This document shows positions 23,436-36,093 of a stretch of 64,000 bases of DNA, piece by piece. Source of the stretch: Mobula hypostoma (Eukaryota). Both the position numbers and the translations under genes were made by a program. The notes below the pieces were generated by a model. The model was not told where the DNA came from. It made no database searches and worked only from the letters and a program-made list of their open reading frames with translations. How positions within the stretch are numbered: position 1 is the first letter of the stretch; every line of letters starts with the position of its first letter. The stretch lies in NCBI RefSeq assembly GCF_963921235.1, contig NC_086097.1:9920001-9984000 (forward strand). The letters are read 5' to 3'.

Positions 23436-24821
23436 GAGTGGAGACAAGTTATCCTCCATTCTGAGGAACTGCCAAAAGGAAGAAAATAAAAAGAGAATAA
23501 TATGGAATTGTTACTGTGTGACTGGCAGCTAATTTATTTACATTGTGACATTAACTTTGAAGACACATCATGAAATTTAAAAATAAATTTATGCAAATCA
23601 TTTGTTCAAAATTCTGCCACATTTTATTCATCTGGAAAGTCCAATACTTACACCCACCTTAAAGTGCTCTTAGAAGAGGAATAGTTGTAATGAGCTCTTT
23701 GAGCCTGTGTGGGGCGCTGCAGAGCAGTGGGCTCTGAGGTTTTTGGAGTACCTGAATTGATTTAGTGTTGATAAATGAGAGTTTTTAATCGTCTGTAGTT
23801 CCTTGTGGTTTTCTGGAGTGACTCGCTGTTTGTAATGTGGTTACCTAGTGCTTTCTGCATAATCTTGTCAGGTTTACTTGTGATCGGCTCAGGGAATCCA
23901 TTTTACTTGCATTAAGTAAGCGGACACCCATAGGGCTAATCATGGGGTCCTAGTTTTAAGAATGGTACTTCTCACAAAGTCACTCAGTCCAGCCACCGAT
24001 GGTCTTTGGGGATTATTACGAATAAACTCTCATCGCTGTCTCTACATCAGAGTTTGCCTTGCTTCCGCACTTAAGTTCAAATTTTGACAGTGCAATAGTA
24101 TACCATTTTCTTGAATGACTGAAGTCCTGCTGTACAGTGTGGTGCGAGTATGTAAAGAGCTGGCAGCTTTAGTGGTAGATACAAGTTTGATTGCACCATT
24201 TACTGTAAGGGAACTTTGGATAAATACATGGATGGGAGGGATTTGGAGATCTAAGGTCCAGATGTGGAACAATGGTACTAGGTAGAATAACAGTTCAGCA
24301 CATATTAAATGGGCCGAATGTCCTGTTTCTGTTCTGTAGTGCTCTAAGACTCTCTGCCTGCCATTATACCCTAAGGTAGTAAGTTCTGTTCTGTTCGATA
24401 ATGAGGGAGAGTGCAGAGCACACCAGCATGGCAGCATACAGGATATTCAACCAAACTTTATTGATAATGCTTCTTGTACAATATGTGAATTCCTCCCATG
24501 TGGGAGGGGCTAACTGAGTGACATGGGAATAACCTTACTAACAGCCACAAGTCCTACGGTTTTGGTACTATGAAGATGAAAGAGCAGAGACAACTCTTGG
24601 TATCATGATGGTGTCACCTGGAGGAAAGCCTACTGAGGGGTTGTATTTCAATGCATCTTATATCCTTCTACTACTACAGGGTACAGGTTTGGGAATTGCT
24701 GAAAGTACTACCTAGGCAAGTAGCAGCAGTATATGCTTTGTGCATGGTTCAGTCTATAAGTCTGGTGCACCAGGACAATGGTTGTAAATGGGGATCTGAT
24801 CAAATAATCTGCTTTGATTGC

Positions 24822-27145
24822 GTCATAGTCATAGTCATACTTTATTGATCCCGGGGGAAATTGGTTTTCCTTACAGTTGCACCATAAATAATTAAATAGT
24901 AATAAAACCATAAATAGTTAAATAGTAATATGTAAATTATGCCAGGAAATAGAAACATAGAAACATAGAAACATAGAAAATAGGTGCAGGAGTAGGCCAT
25001 TCGACCCTTCGAGCCTGCACCGCCATTTATTATGATCATGGCTGATCATCCAACTCAGAACCCAGCCTTCCCTCCATACCCCCTGACCCCTGTAGCCACA
25101 AGGGCCATATCTAACTTCCTTTTAAACATAGCTAATGAACTGGCCTCAACAGTTTGCTGTGGCAGAGAATTCCACAGATTCACCACTCTCTGTGTGAAGA
25201 AGTTTTTCCTAACCTCGGTCCTAAAAGGCTTCCCCTCTATCCTCAAACTGTGACCCCTCGTTCTAGACCTCCCCAACATCGGGAACAATCTTCCCGCATC
25301 TAGCCTGTCCAATCCCTTTAGGATCTTATACGTTTCAATCAGATCCCCCCTCAATCTTCTAAATTCCAACGAGTACAAGCCCAGTTCATCCAGTCTTTCT
25401 TCATATGAAAGACCTGCCATCCCAGGAATCAATCTGGTGAACCTTCTTTGTACTCCCTCTATGGCAAAGATGTCTTTCCTCAGATTAGGGGACCAAAACT
25501 GCACACAATACTCCAGGTGTGGTCTCACCAAGGCCTTGTACAACTGCAGTAGTACCTCCCTGCTCCTGTACTCGAATCCTCTCGCTATAAATGCCAGCAT
25601 ACCGTTCGCCTTTTTCACCGCCTGCTGTACCTGCATGCCCACTTTCAATGACTGGTGTATAATGACACCCAGGTCTCGTTGCACCTCCCCTTTTCCTAAT
25701 CGGCCACCATTCAGATAATAATCTGTTTTCCTATTTTTGCCACCAAAGTGGATAACTTCACATTTATCCACATTAAATTGCATCTGCCATGAGTTTGCCC
25801 ACTCACCCAACCTATCCAAATCACCCTGCATCCTCTTAGCATCCTCCTCACTGCTAACACTGCCACCCAGCTTTGTGTCATCCGCAAACTTGGAGATGCT
25901 GCATTTAATTCCCTCATCCAAGTCATTAATATATATTGTAAACAACTGGGGTCCCAGCACTGAGCCTTGCGGTACCCCACTAGTCACCGCCTGCCATTCT
26001 GAAAAGGTCCCATTTATTCCCACTCTTTGCTTCCTGTCTGCTAACCAATTCTCCACCCACACCAATACCTTACCCCCAATACCATGTGCTTTAAGTTTGC
26101 ACACTAATCTCCTGTGTGGGACCTTGTCAAAAGCCTTTTGAAAATCCAAATATACCACATCCACTGGTTCTCCCCTATCCACTCTACTAGTTACATCCTC
26201 AAAAAATTCTATGAGATTCGTCAGACATGATTTTCCTTTCACAAATCCATGCTGACTTTGTCCGATCATTTCACCGCTTTCCAAATGTGCTGTTATCACA
26301 TCCTTGATAACTGACTCCAGCAGTTTCCCCACCACTGACGTTAGGCTAACCGGCCTATAATTCCCCGGTTTCTCTCTCCCTCCTTTTTTAAAAAGTGGGG
26401 TTACATTAGCCACCCTCCAATCCTCAGGAACTAGTCCAGAATCTAACGAGTTTTGAAAAATTATCACTAATGCATCCACTATTTCTTGGGCCACTTCCTT
26501 AAGCACTCTGGGATGCAGACCATCTGGCCCTGGGGATTTATCTGCCTTCAATCCCTTCAATTTACCTAACACCACTTCCCTACTAACATGTATTTCGCTC
26601 AGTTCCTCCATCTCACTGGACCCTCTGTCCCTTACTATTTCTTATTTAAATAAGTCCTGGACCAGCCTATTGGCTCAGGGTGTCTGACCCTCCAAGGGAG
26701 GAGTTGTAAAATTTGATGGCCACAGGCAGGAATGACTTCCTATGATACTCTGTGTTGCATCTCGGTGGAATGAGTCTCTGGCTGAATGTACTCCTGTGCC
26801 CAACCAGTACATTATGTAGTGGATGGGAGACATTGTCCAAGATGGCATGCAACTTGGACAGCATCCTCTTTTCAGACACCACCGTCAGAGAGTCCAGTTC
26901 CAACCCCACAACATCACTGGCCTTACGAATGAATTTGTTGATTCTGTTGGTATCTGCTACCCTCAGCCTGCTGCCCCAGCACACATTAGCAAACATGATC
27001 GCACTGGCCACCACAGACTCGTAGAACATCCTCAGCATCGTCCGACAGATGTTAAAGGGCCTCAGTCTCCTCTGGAAATAGAGATGGCTCTGACCCTTCT
27101 TGTAGACAGCTTCAGTGTTTATTGTCCAGTTTAGTTTATTGTCAA
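24822..27145 (-). mobile_element. Rex1/Babar-type LINE 3' fragment, split by a CR1 insertion at 24950-26640
   Basis: ORF 26667-27038 FYESVVASAI..VCWG..HPLH..KSFLPVAIKFYN; (CATAGT)n tail at ~24823-24840. Confidence 0.85.
25055..26611 (-). CDS. Uninterrupted reverse transcriptase and C-terminal region of a young 5'-truncated CR1 ORF2
   Basis: 518 aa: KSPGPDG, NYRPVSLTS, QHGF, YLDFQKAFDKV, GVPQGSVLGP, FADD; endonuclease missing. Confidence 0.95.
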   Translation of the reverse strand: MEELSEIHVSREVVLGKLKGLKADKSPGPDGLHPRVLKEVAQEIVDALVIIFQNSLDSGLVPEDWRVANVTPLFKKGGREKPGNYRPVSLTSVVGKLLESVIKDVITAHLESGEMIGQSQHGFVKGKSCLTNLIEFFEDVTSRVDRGEPVDVVYLDFQKAFDKVPHRRLVCKLKAHGIGGKVLVWVENWLADRKQRVGINGTFSEWQAVTSGVPQGSVLGPQLFTIYINDLDEGIKCSISKFADDTKLGGSVSSEEDAKRMQGDLDRLGEWANSWQMQFNVDKCEVIHFGGKNRKTDYYLNGGRLGKGEVQRDLGVIIHQSLKVGMQVQQAVKKANGMLAFIARGFEYRSREVLLQLYKALVRPHLEYCVQFWSPNLRKDIFAIEGVQRRFTRLIPGMAGLSYEERLDELGLYSLEFRRLRGDLIETYKILKGLDRLDAGRLFPMLGRSRTRGHSLRIEGKPFRTEVRKNFFTQRVVNLWNSLPQQTVEASSLAMFKRKLDMALVATGVRGYGGKAGF

Positions 27146-27239
27146 TTCATTTGGATGCCGAGTTTCTTGAGTGTTCTTTGTCCAAGAAATAAAAGGGTAT
27201 TTCATCACACTCCTGACTTGTGCCTTATAAACCATGAAA

Positions 27240-27550
27240 ATATGTTTACGGTGGGGGAGTCTAAGTCTAGAGGAAGAGAAGAACATCCTTTCAGAATGGA
27301 GATGAAAAGGAATTTTATTAGCCAAAGAGTGGCAAATCTGTGGAATTGATTGCCACTGGCCACTGTGGAGGCCAGGTCATTAGGTATATTTAAGGCAGTG
27401 ATTAATAGATTTTTGATTGGTTAGGGCATGAAGGGATTTGGGGAGAAGGCAGGAGATTGGGGCTGAGTGTGAAATGAATCAGCCATGATGAAATGGTGGA
27501 ACAGACTCGATACACCAAATGGCCTAATTCTGCTTCTATATCTTATGATC
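27240..27550 (+). mobile_element. CR1 LINE 3' end, decayed
   Basis: PFRMEMKRNFISQRVANLWN followed by a CR1 UTR. Confidence 0.8.
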
Positions 27551-27854
27551 TTAGGGACTTTGGGGAGTTTGGGAGTATACAAATAAAGGATTAATGGAGC
27601 ATTAGTGTCCAAATCTTATTGCATGTTAACGTGCCCGTAAATGAGGTGTAGTACTGATCATGTGAATGCCAACAGTTACCTTATTCTTGAACAACATTCC
27701 TGAGAGGCTATCCATCCATTTTTCATATACTGTGATATAAATGTTCAACATAAATGGAGAATAATTTATGATCACATTTGTTTAAGAGAACAGCACCTTG
27801 TGATAATGCCTCAAAAGAAGCTTCAATCAATAAGCTAAGGTTTGGAGATGGGTT

Positions 27855-28075
27855 AGTGGTAATAGTGAGGTGTATTGCTTTATGGTACCAGTGACCTGGG
27901 TTCAATTCCTGCTGCTGTCTGTAAGGAGTTTGGATGTTCTCCTCATGAACCATGACATGATTTTCTTCTGGGTGTTCTGGTATCTTCCCACAGTCCTAAG
28001 ATGTAATGGTTAGTAGGTTAATTTGTCTTCATAAATTGTCCTGTAATTAGGCTCAGATTAAATCGGGGTTGCTGG
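27855..28075 (+). mobile_element. V-SINE (HE1-like)
   Basis: GGGTTCAATTCC B box and V-domain remnant. Confidence 0.7.
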
Positions 28076-28367
28076 TGGCAAATTTTTCTACAGAAGTGGT
28101 TTGCCATTGCCTTCTTCTGAGCAGTGTCATTACAAGACAGGTGACCCTGGCCATTATCAATGCTCTTCAGTGATTGTCTGTCTGGCTTCAGTGTTTGCAC
28201 CAGTGGCTCACACAGCCATCTACCGCCTGCTCCCATGACTTCACACAACCCTGATCAGGGGTTCCAAGCAGGTGATACACCTTGCCCAAGGGACACCTGT
28301 AAGCTAGCAGAGGAAAGGAGCACCTTACACCTCCTTTGGTAGAGACGTATCTCCACCCTGCCACCCA
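28076..28367 (-). mobile_element. SINE with RTE-type tail
   Basis: Reverse complement of the 5105-5490 family. Confidence 0.75.
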
Positions 28368-28770
28368 AGTCAATAATTAGCTCTTTGGTCTTGCTGACAT
28401 TGTGTGAGAGATTGTTGTTATAGCACCACTCAAACATATTTTCGATCTCCCTCCTATATACCGATTCATCACCACTGACAATTGGCCAGCAATAGAGCTG
28501 GTGTCAGCAACTTAAATACAGCATTGGAGCTATACTTATCCTCACGGTCATACATGGAAAGCGAGTAGAGCAGGGGGCTGAGCACACAGACCTGTGGTGC
28601 ACCTGTGCTGATGGAGTTTCTGGAGGAGATGTTAACAATCCAAACAGACAGGGGTCTGCAAGTGAGGAAATCGAGGATCCAATTGCACAAGGAGGTATTG
28701 AAGCCAAGGTCTTGGAGCTTATTGATTAGTTTTGAGGGGAAGATAGTGCTGATCATTGATCTGCAGTCAA
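28368..28770 (-). mobile_element. Rex1/Babar-type RT fragment
   Basis: [38 protein letters not shown]. Confidence 0.85.
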
Positions 28771-29689
28771 ACTAAATTCTTATGTCCCTTGTCTGCCTTT
28801 GTCCTTTGCCCAGCATTGAATTCTGGATGAGGAGTCCGTGAATGTCATGGTTGATTGATCTTTTGCCTTCAAAGAAGCTGAGAACTATTGAAGAATACTA
28901 TTTTTTGTTCTGTGTTTTCATGTAGAAATCTCAATTAGGAACTGATATTTATGGTGTAATTAATACTTCATATTCACAGCAGAGATGTGGCATTACACTC
29001 CAATGTAGTATTGAACGTCAATCTTATAAACAAAAGGAATTTTCTTTTATGCAGCTCTTTCATTTTGTACTGAAGAATATCTTGTCTCAAACTGTCATTG
29101 AAACATGATATGAAAGTCAATGTTGGGAAAAATAGTGAGATCAGGTCCAGCCTTCCAGTCTTACAAGAGAAATACATATACAAAATATTCTAATTGTGTT
29201 ATCATAACTAATCATGTTTCCTTGGCAATATACTGCAAATTGGAAAGTATCAGTGTTATAGGCACAGGAACTGAACATCTGTAAAACAATGAGTACTTCT
29301 TTCTGTTTCACATGTCCATGCAAATAAAACACAAACCATCCGGAAATGTTCATGCTTTCTTAGTTTGGAAGCTCACTGAAAGTTTGGCCCGGATGGCACA
29401 GAAAACATTTAAAATCTGCAGCATATTAATAGTGGCACAGAACAGACATTTAACTGAAAAAAATCAATTTACTGCAATATTGGATGTGTAATATTCTAAA
29501 AAAATATCTGCTCCGGCTTTCAAGAGAGGGGACCTAAAATGAACTTTGTAATTTTCGGAACAAAAAGATACCAAAGGCTTTATATTTAATATTCTATTTT
29601 ATATAACTTTCAGATGTATCTGGAATGGTATTTGGATCAACATTCAATAATTTTGCTTTACTTTTGAAAGAAAGGTTTTCTTAAGATAC

Positions 29690-30408
29690 TGTACCTGGTA
29701 ATCAGTTGAGGTCGGCGACTGTATCTGTGCTCCCAATGCAGCCTCCTCAACATTGGTGAGACCCAACATAATTTGGGGAACTGCTTTGTTGAGCACCTCT
29801 GGTCCATTCACAAAAAGTGGAATTTCCCGGTGACCCACCATTTTATTTCTTATCCCCATTCCTGTTCTGACATGTCAGTCCATGGCCTCCTTTTGTACCT
29901 CATGTGGGAGGAGCAACATCTCAAATTCTGTCTAGGCAGCCTACAACCTAATGGCATGAAAATCAATTTCTCCTGGTAATTTTGTGGATTTTTTCCCTTC
30001 CTTCCCACTTTCTCTATTCCCAACTCTGGCCTCTTACCTCTTCTCACCTGTCTATCACCTCCTCCTCTTGCCCCTCATACTCCCTTTTCTCCCATAGTCC
30101 ATTCTTCTCTCCAATCGCATTCCTTCTTCTCCAGCCAATTGCCTTTTCCACCAATCAGCTTCTTACTTCATCCTCCTCTCCCCGACCCACCCGGTTTCGC
30201 ATATCATCTTCTAGCTTGTATGCCTTCCCTTCCCTCCCACCTTCCTACATTGGTGCCTTCCCCCTTCCTTTCCAGTCCTGGTGAAGAGTCTTGGCCTGAA
30301 ACATCAACTGTTCGTTCATTTCCATAGATGCTGCCTGACCTGCTGAGTTCCTCCAGCATTTTGTGTGTCTTGCTCTGGATTTCCAACATTTGCAGAATCT
30401 CTCGTGCT
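29690..30408 (+). mobile_element. Penelope-like element 3' fragment (decayed GIY-YIG; hammerhead at 30273-30310 with CTGGTGA core)
   Basis: ORF 29773-29979 EHL..PVTHHF..EEQHLKFCLGSLQPNGM. Confidence 0.85.
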
Positions 30409-30767
30409 CTTAAAACTGTTGCAACCATTCCTCAAAACCGAAGTAGCTCAGAAATTAACTTAAAACATAAAACATGAAAACATAAAATATAATATGTCAC
30501 TTTGCATCAAATCAAATCAACAAGGATTGCTCTTGCTGTCATGCTTCTTGTGCTAACATCGCAGGCACACAACTTACAAACCCTAAACCAGTGCTGAACA
30601 CTTCCAGCTCTTTCATTTTCCTCATATCAGAAAGAGAGATGTTGATTGATGATTGCACAACTATCAGTTCCATTTGTAGCTCCTCAGGAAACAAGACTTC
30701 GATAATAGAAATGATATTTACTCCTCAAAAATGCCAGAAAATGATGAACTCACTCAGGAGCCAATCT

Positions 30768-31514
30768 TACAAAACGCCCTGGTTTCCTCGGCTGCATAAG
30801 TCTAGGGAAGACAATCTCCAGCCCCGCCAAACGCGTCAGATTGAGGCGCAAGCCCAGCCCAGACCCCCGTTTCTGTGGATGCTGAGTAATTCGTTACCCT
30901 GTTATAAATGAGTGTCGCGAAACAACAGACAGTACACCACATACAATCAAAAGACTTAGCTTTATATTTCTTAATTTGACTAAAGGGTTAGTAAAGAACA
31001 AAAAAAGAAAAGGGGCCAGTTTAATGAAACAGTCCAATGTGCACAAGTTGGAGCTCACGGTTTCCCCATGTCACTGATCCTCAATCCATCTCACCCAGGG
31101 ATTCATCGAATCATGGTCCTGCTCTGGATCGAATCCTGCAACCACTTCTCTCCGGTGTCTTCTCCCTTCATCTCTCTTGAACCACCAAAAAAAAAACCCA
31201 AGCCCAACCTTAGTGTCCCTCACCAGAGAAACCGCCCCTTCAATTTGACCATCCTAATTGGACAGCAGACATTTCTCCTCATCTCTTATCTTCAACAATA
31301 ACCCAAACATAATGGTTTCTATAGGTCAGTGGGACTAGGCAGAAAATGGTTCAGCACAGCCAAGAAGGGCCAAAAGGCCTGTTTCTGTGCTGTAGTTTCT
31401 ATGGTTTCTATGGTTTCTATGGTTTCTATAAGGTGAAAGCAAGCAGCTCGCACAGAACAGCACAAAATGAAATACGTACATCATAACAGTAAAAAATGTG
31501 AACCAGGCATTGCA
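30768..31514 (-). mobile_element. Solo-LTR-like element, family A related copy 3 (contains a CR1 tail at ~31310-31430)
   Basis: Reverse strand starts TGCAATGCCTGGTTCAC..ACTGTTATG and contains GAGCTCCAACTTGTGCACATT..GGCCCCTTTT. Confidence 0.55.
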
Positions 31515-31654
31515 CTTAGAAGGGTATTTCTTGGGCTAGATATTAGTTATAAGGAGATGCTGGATAACTTTCTTTAAGTGATGGAGGCTGAGTGGTGACC
31601 TGACAGAAGTGTATAAAATTATGAGGGGCATAAATAGGGTAGAGTTATAGTAAC

Positions 31655-32440
31655 ACAGCTCAGAAACATCGACCCAACCCTTCCCTACTAAACCATTTAA
31701 ACTGCCTACTCCCATCGACGCATGTGACATAGCCCTTCATACCCTTACCATCTATTTAACTATCTGAACTTCACTTAAATGCTGAAATCGAGCCACTTGC
31801 ACTGGCAGCTCGTTCCACACTCTCATGATCCTTCTGAGTGAAGAAGCGTCTCTTACACTTTTCACCTTCTACCCTTAAACCATGACCTCTAGTTGTAATC
31901 TCACCCAACCTCAGTGGAAAAAACCTGCTTGCATTTACCTTATCTATACCCCTCACAATTTTGTACACATCTATCAAATCTCTTCTCAATCTTTTACATT
32001 CCAAGGAAGTCAAAATCTATTCGACCTTTCATTATAATTAAGGTCCTTCTGAAATAGCAACATCCTTGTAAGCTTTTCCTGTACTGTTTCAAACTTATTT
32101 AGATCTTTCCTCCAGGTAGGTGACCAAAACTGCACACAATATTCTACAAATGTCTTATTTGGAGATTGGGGCTGAGAGGAAAAATTGGATCAACCATCAT
32201 GAAGTGGTGAAGCAGACTCAATAGGATAAATGGCCTAATTCTGCTCTTTTATAGTATGGTCTTATGGTCTTATAAAACTGCAACATAAAATCCCATCTCC
32301 TGTACTCAATCTTTTGATTTATGAAGGCCAATGTGCCAAAAGCTTTCTTTATGACCCTATCAACCTGCGAGACCACCATCAATGAATTACGGACCTGTAT
32401 TCCCAGATCTCCTTGTTCTACCATGCTCCTCACTGTATAT
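31655..32440 (-). mobile_element. Decayed CR1 fragments
   Basis: ORFs 31771-32013 and 32218-32433. Confidence 0.85.
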
Positions 32441-34029
32441 TATACCCAGGATGAACTATTAAATATGAGATGGTAAAACTTTAGGGTGTGAAAGACAAAG
32501 ATTACAGAGAATAATGTGCAGCTTTTTTTTGCACAGGAAGTTGTAGGTGTCTGTAACACACTGCTGGGGTAGGTGGTAGAGGTGGATACAAGAGTAATGT
32601 TTAGGAGCTGTTTAGGCTGACAAAACAATTCTTAATGTAATTTTCAGCTTCTATTATTATGTATTACAATGTGAGGTGCATGGGATGTCCAGGGAGGGGT
32701 AGCACCTCTGGTGAAAGGCTTCTGGTGTCCATTCTGGGGTAGCGCACTCACCTTTGGTCCTCAACAGGCGCTCAATTCTCACCTGTGTCTCCATGTCGCT
32801 GTTTGCATGCGATAGCAGCTGCAACCTGGTACAGCACTTCAACAGGCTGCTAAACCAGGTGAACGTGGCCAGTAGGTCTCACACCCTGGTGAGACAGGGA
32901 CATGCCAGTCCTAGTGAGTAAAGTTAGCCCTGGGGATGAGACCAGTGGCTAGGAAGGTGGTTCTGCAATTCTCTGTGGAGCATGAAGGGCATGACAAGGC
33001 AGAGAAGATGTCATGGGGATTCACTGTAACCAAGGAAGACCCCAGTTTATGATACTTGTCTGTATAACTGGACCTGGGCTTCTGAGGTCAAGAGATTGCA
33101 ACCACCACTGTGCAATGGGTTTTCCCACTTTAAAAGCTCTCCTGCACAGGTTTTCTGTAATTGTTGGACATGATGGAAAACCACCATTGCTGCTACATAA
33201 CAACATATGCCAGTGATATTAAACCTGATTCTGATTCAGATAATAATCCTCTGGGGGATTAAGTTAGCCATGACTATATTCTATTGAGTTTAGAAGAATG
33301 AATAAGGGTTCTGTCAAAATACATACACTTCTTAAGAAACCGGCAGGATAGATGAAAAAGAACATGCGGTCAAGAATCAGAGGTTACAGACTCAAAACAA
33401 GGAGTTAGCCATTAAGGACACAGGTGAGAAGAGATTTCTTCACCCAGAGGCTGGTCCATCTTTGCCTGAGGGGATTGTGGAGGCAGAGTCATTGACAATG
33501 TTCACTATAGGGACACACTGATGTTCAAATTATGTGTTAATATTGATAGAATCTAATATTGATGGGACAGGATATTGGTGCACGGCTAAAAGGTCATATA
33601 TGATCTTATTCAATGCTTAACAGTGAATAAGGATTGAATGCCTTACTAATGTATCTTTTTTAAAATACTCTTACGTTCTTTGCTTTTGAATATGGGTGTT
33701 CAAGTTTCAAGATTCATTGTCATTCCTCAGTATATAAGTGCAAAGGAGAGTAAAGTACTTGTTAATCCAGATCTGTTGCACCACAGAAAAATATACAATA
33801 AAGAGAAGGAACATGATAAAAAAACACAATAAATATAAATACATAAGATTCGCTTATATACTTAGCTGGACAGTATATACATAAAGTTATACTAGGCATA
33901 GGAGTGTCTGTGCATAAAATGACTCTGACAGGAAATGATAAAGTAGTGGTGGAGTGGGTTTGTGGGTAAAGATGTTGAGCAGCCCGAGGGGAAGTAACTT
34001 GCTGACAAAGCCAACATCTTTATTCTGTA

Positions 34030-34249
34030 AACACGAGGAAACCAGCAGATGCTGGAAATTCAAGCAACACATACAAAAAATGCTGGTGAACGCAGCAGGC
34101 CAGGCAGCATCTATGGGAAGAGGTACAGTCGACGTTTTGGGCCGGGCTCTTCATCAGGACTCCTGACAAAAGGTCCTGGCCTGAAACGTCGGCTGTACCT
34201 CTTCCTATAGATGCTGCCTGGTCTGCTGCATTCACCAGTATTTTTTGGG
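34030..34249. mobile_element. Palindromic PLE-derived element with two inverted hammerhead motifs
   Basis: 34072-34160 is an imperfect reverse complement of 34160-34249. Confidence 0.8.
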
Positions 34250-34264
34250 GATCTTTATTCTGTT

Positions 34265-34535
34265 TTATTTCATGTAGAGATACAGTATGGAGTGGCCTCT
34301 TCTCGGCCAATGAGCACTGCCCAAAAACCACCCAATTAAGCCGAGCCTAATCACAGGGCAATTTACAATGACCAATTTACTTGCTAACCAGAATGTCTTT
34401 GGACTGTGGGAGGAAATTGGACCACTTGGAGGAACCTGCATGATCACGGAGAGGAAGTAAAAACTCCCTACAGATGACGTCGGAATTCCACTCTGATCTG
34501 TCATAGTGTCATGTTAACATTTACGCTACTAAGGT
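34265..34535 (-). mobile_element. V-SINE (HE1-like)
   Basis: TTTGGACTGTGGGAGGAAA (reverse V domain). Confidence 0.7.
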
Positions 34536-35266
34536 GCTCGCTCTTCTCAGGCACTAATGCTGACTCCAAGTACTCATTCCAGCTTTTCTGGTCTGGAAAT
34601 GCTGCTGTATGAGCTGCTGGTTAACATATTCAAAAGTGAATTGAATACATATCGACATGGAGAAAAATAGGTGTAGGCCTATTGGGAAAGAGGAGAGGAG
34701 TGGGACTAATGTTATAGAGCAGACACAGATACAAAGGACCACATGGAATTCTTCTCTACTGCAAGTTTCCTGGTTTGTGGAAGATGTCATAGAGGATGAT
34801 AGGAAATGGTTAAGAATTTGGGAAAAGTTGAGTTGCAGTAGGAAAGCTTGTTGTATACTTCACACTGAGATTAGATGGTGTCAACAGAGGAAGATAATTG
34901 AATTTATGAATTAGTTGAAGAGGTTGTGTTAGGAGCAGGGAATAAAATTTGTTGAAAATTGCTGGCTATTGGTGAAGGTGTGAGTAATTTTAAATTAATA
35001 AACTTGACCATAATAAGACAATCGGCAGCTGTGCCAAACTCAGAAATACAATTAAGCTGGAAACCAATGTGAAAAGGGAAGTAAAATATTTTAAATAATG
35101 AATGACGGCAAATAGTACAAGAGAGGAATAGGTTTTCATGACAAATAAGCTAAATGCTAATAAGTTAGAAAATAAATGTAACCTTTAAGAATTGTCACAA
35201 TAAAGTTAATTAAAATAAAGTATTGCATTGATGGTGTACAAAATTATGAGGGGTACAGAAAAGATC

Positions 35267-35610
35267 AGGTGGCGGTGTAGAGATACGTCTCTACCAAAGG
35301 AGGTATAAGGCACTCCTTCCCTCCGCTAGTCTGCACCTCACTCTTGGGCAAGGTATAGTACCTGCATAGTCCCCCCCACTGCTCCCCCTCGATCAGGGTT
35401 ATGTGAAGCCGTGGGAGCTGGTGGTGGATGGTCCTATTAGCGGCTGGCACATATCACAAGTGTTGGTTATGTGACCACTGACGCCAACAGACAATCTCAG
35501 AAGAGTATTGATATGGCTGGGGTCATCGATCTTCTAAAGACACTGTCCAAAAGAAGACGGCGGCTAACCACTTCCGTACAAAAAATTGCCAAGAACAATC
35601 GTGGTCATGA
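35267..35610 (+). mobile_element. SINE with RTE-type tail
   Basis: Same family as 5105-5490. Confidence 0.75.
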
Positions 35611-35909
35611 GGTTAAATGCGAGCAGGCTTTTTCCTCTGCGCCCACTAGCCTAGTATCTTATTGAGTGAGCCTAGAGGTCATTGGTTAAGGGTAAAAAGT
35701 GAAATGTTTAAGTGGAACATGAGGTGTTCCTCTTCACTCAGATGGTGATGCAAGTGTGTAATGAGCTCTCAGCGGAAGTGGTAGCTGTGGGATCGATATC
35801 AGCATTTGAGAGAAATACGAATAGGTACATGGATGGGAGGAGTATGGAGGAGTATGGTCCAGGTGCAGGTTAATGGGAGTAGGCAGATTAACATTTCAGC
35901 ATGGACTAG

Positions 35910-36093
35910 TCGTCCACTGATCCTCCAGGTGTGGGAGTTCATCTCAGGGCTAACACCCCTGAATGGTTAAAAAAATTGTTATGGAAACAGTAATGAAGGA
36001 TCTTTTTATATCGGTGTGCAACTGTATTGGCAGACAGAGATAGAGTTCCTTTATTGCTGCCCTAAACATCAGAGGCATAGAAGGTAGTAAGTA
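35910..36093 (+). mobile_element. Short retroposon with 9 bp TSD, inside a CR1 tail
   Basis: ATGGACTAG at 35901-35909 and 36094-36102; (GTAA)n tail; related to 45494-45812. Confidence 0.65.

Noticed and set aside
32680..33180. HDV-like ribozyme in RTE 5'-UTR-like repeats (also 39791-40115, 58530-58940)
   Set aside because: RTE 5' ends can carry HDV-like ribozymes, but I could not build the nested double pseudoknot by eye; it needs a descriptor-based search
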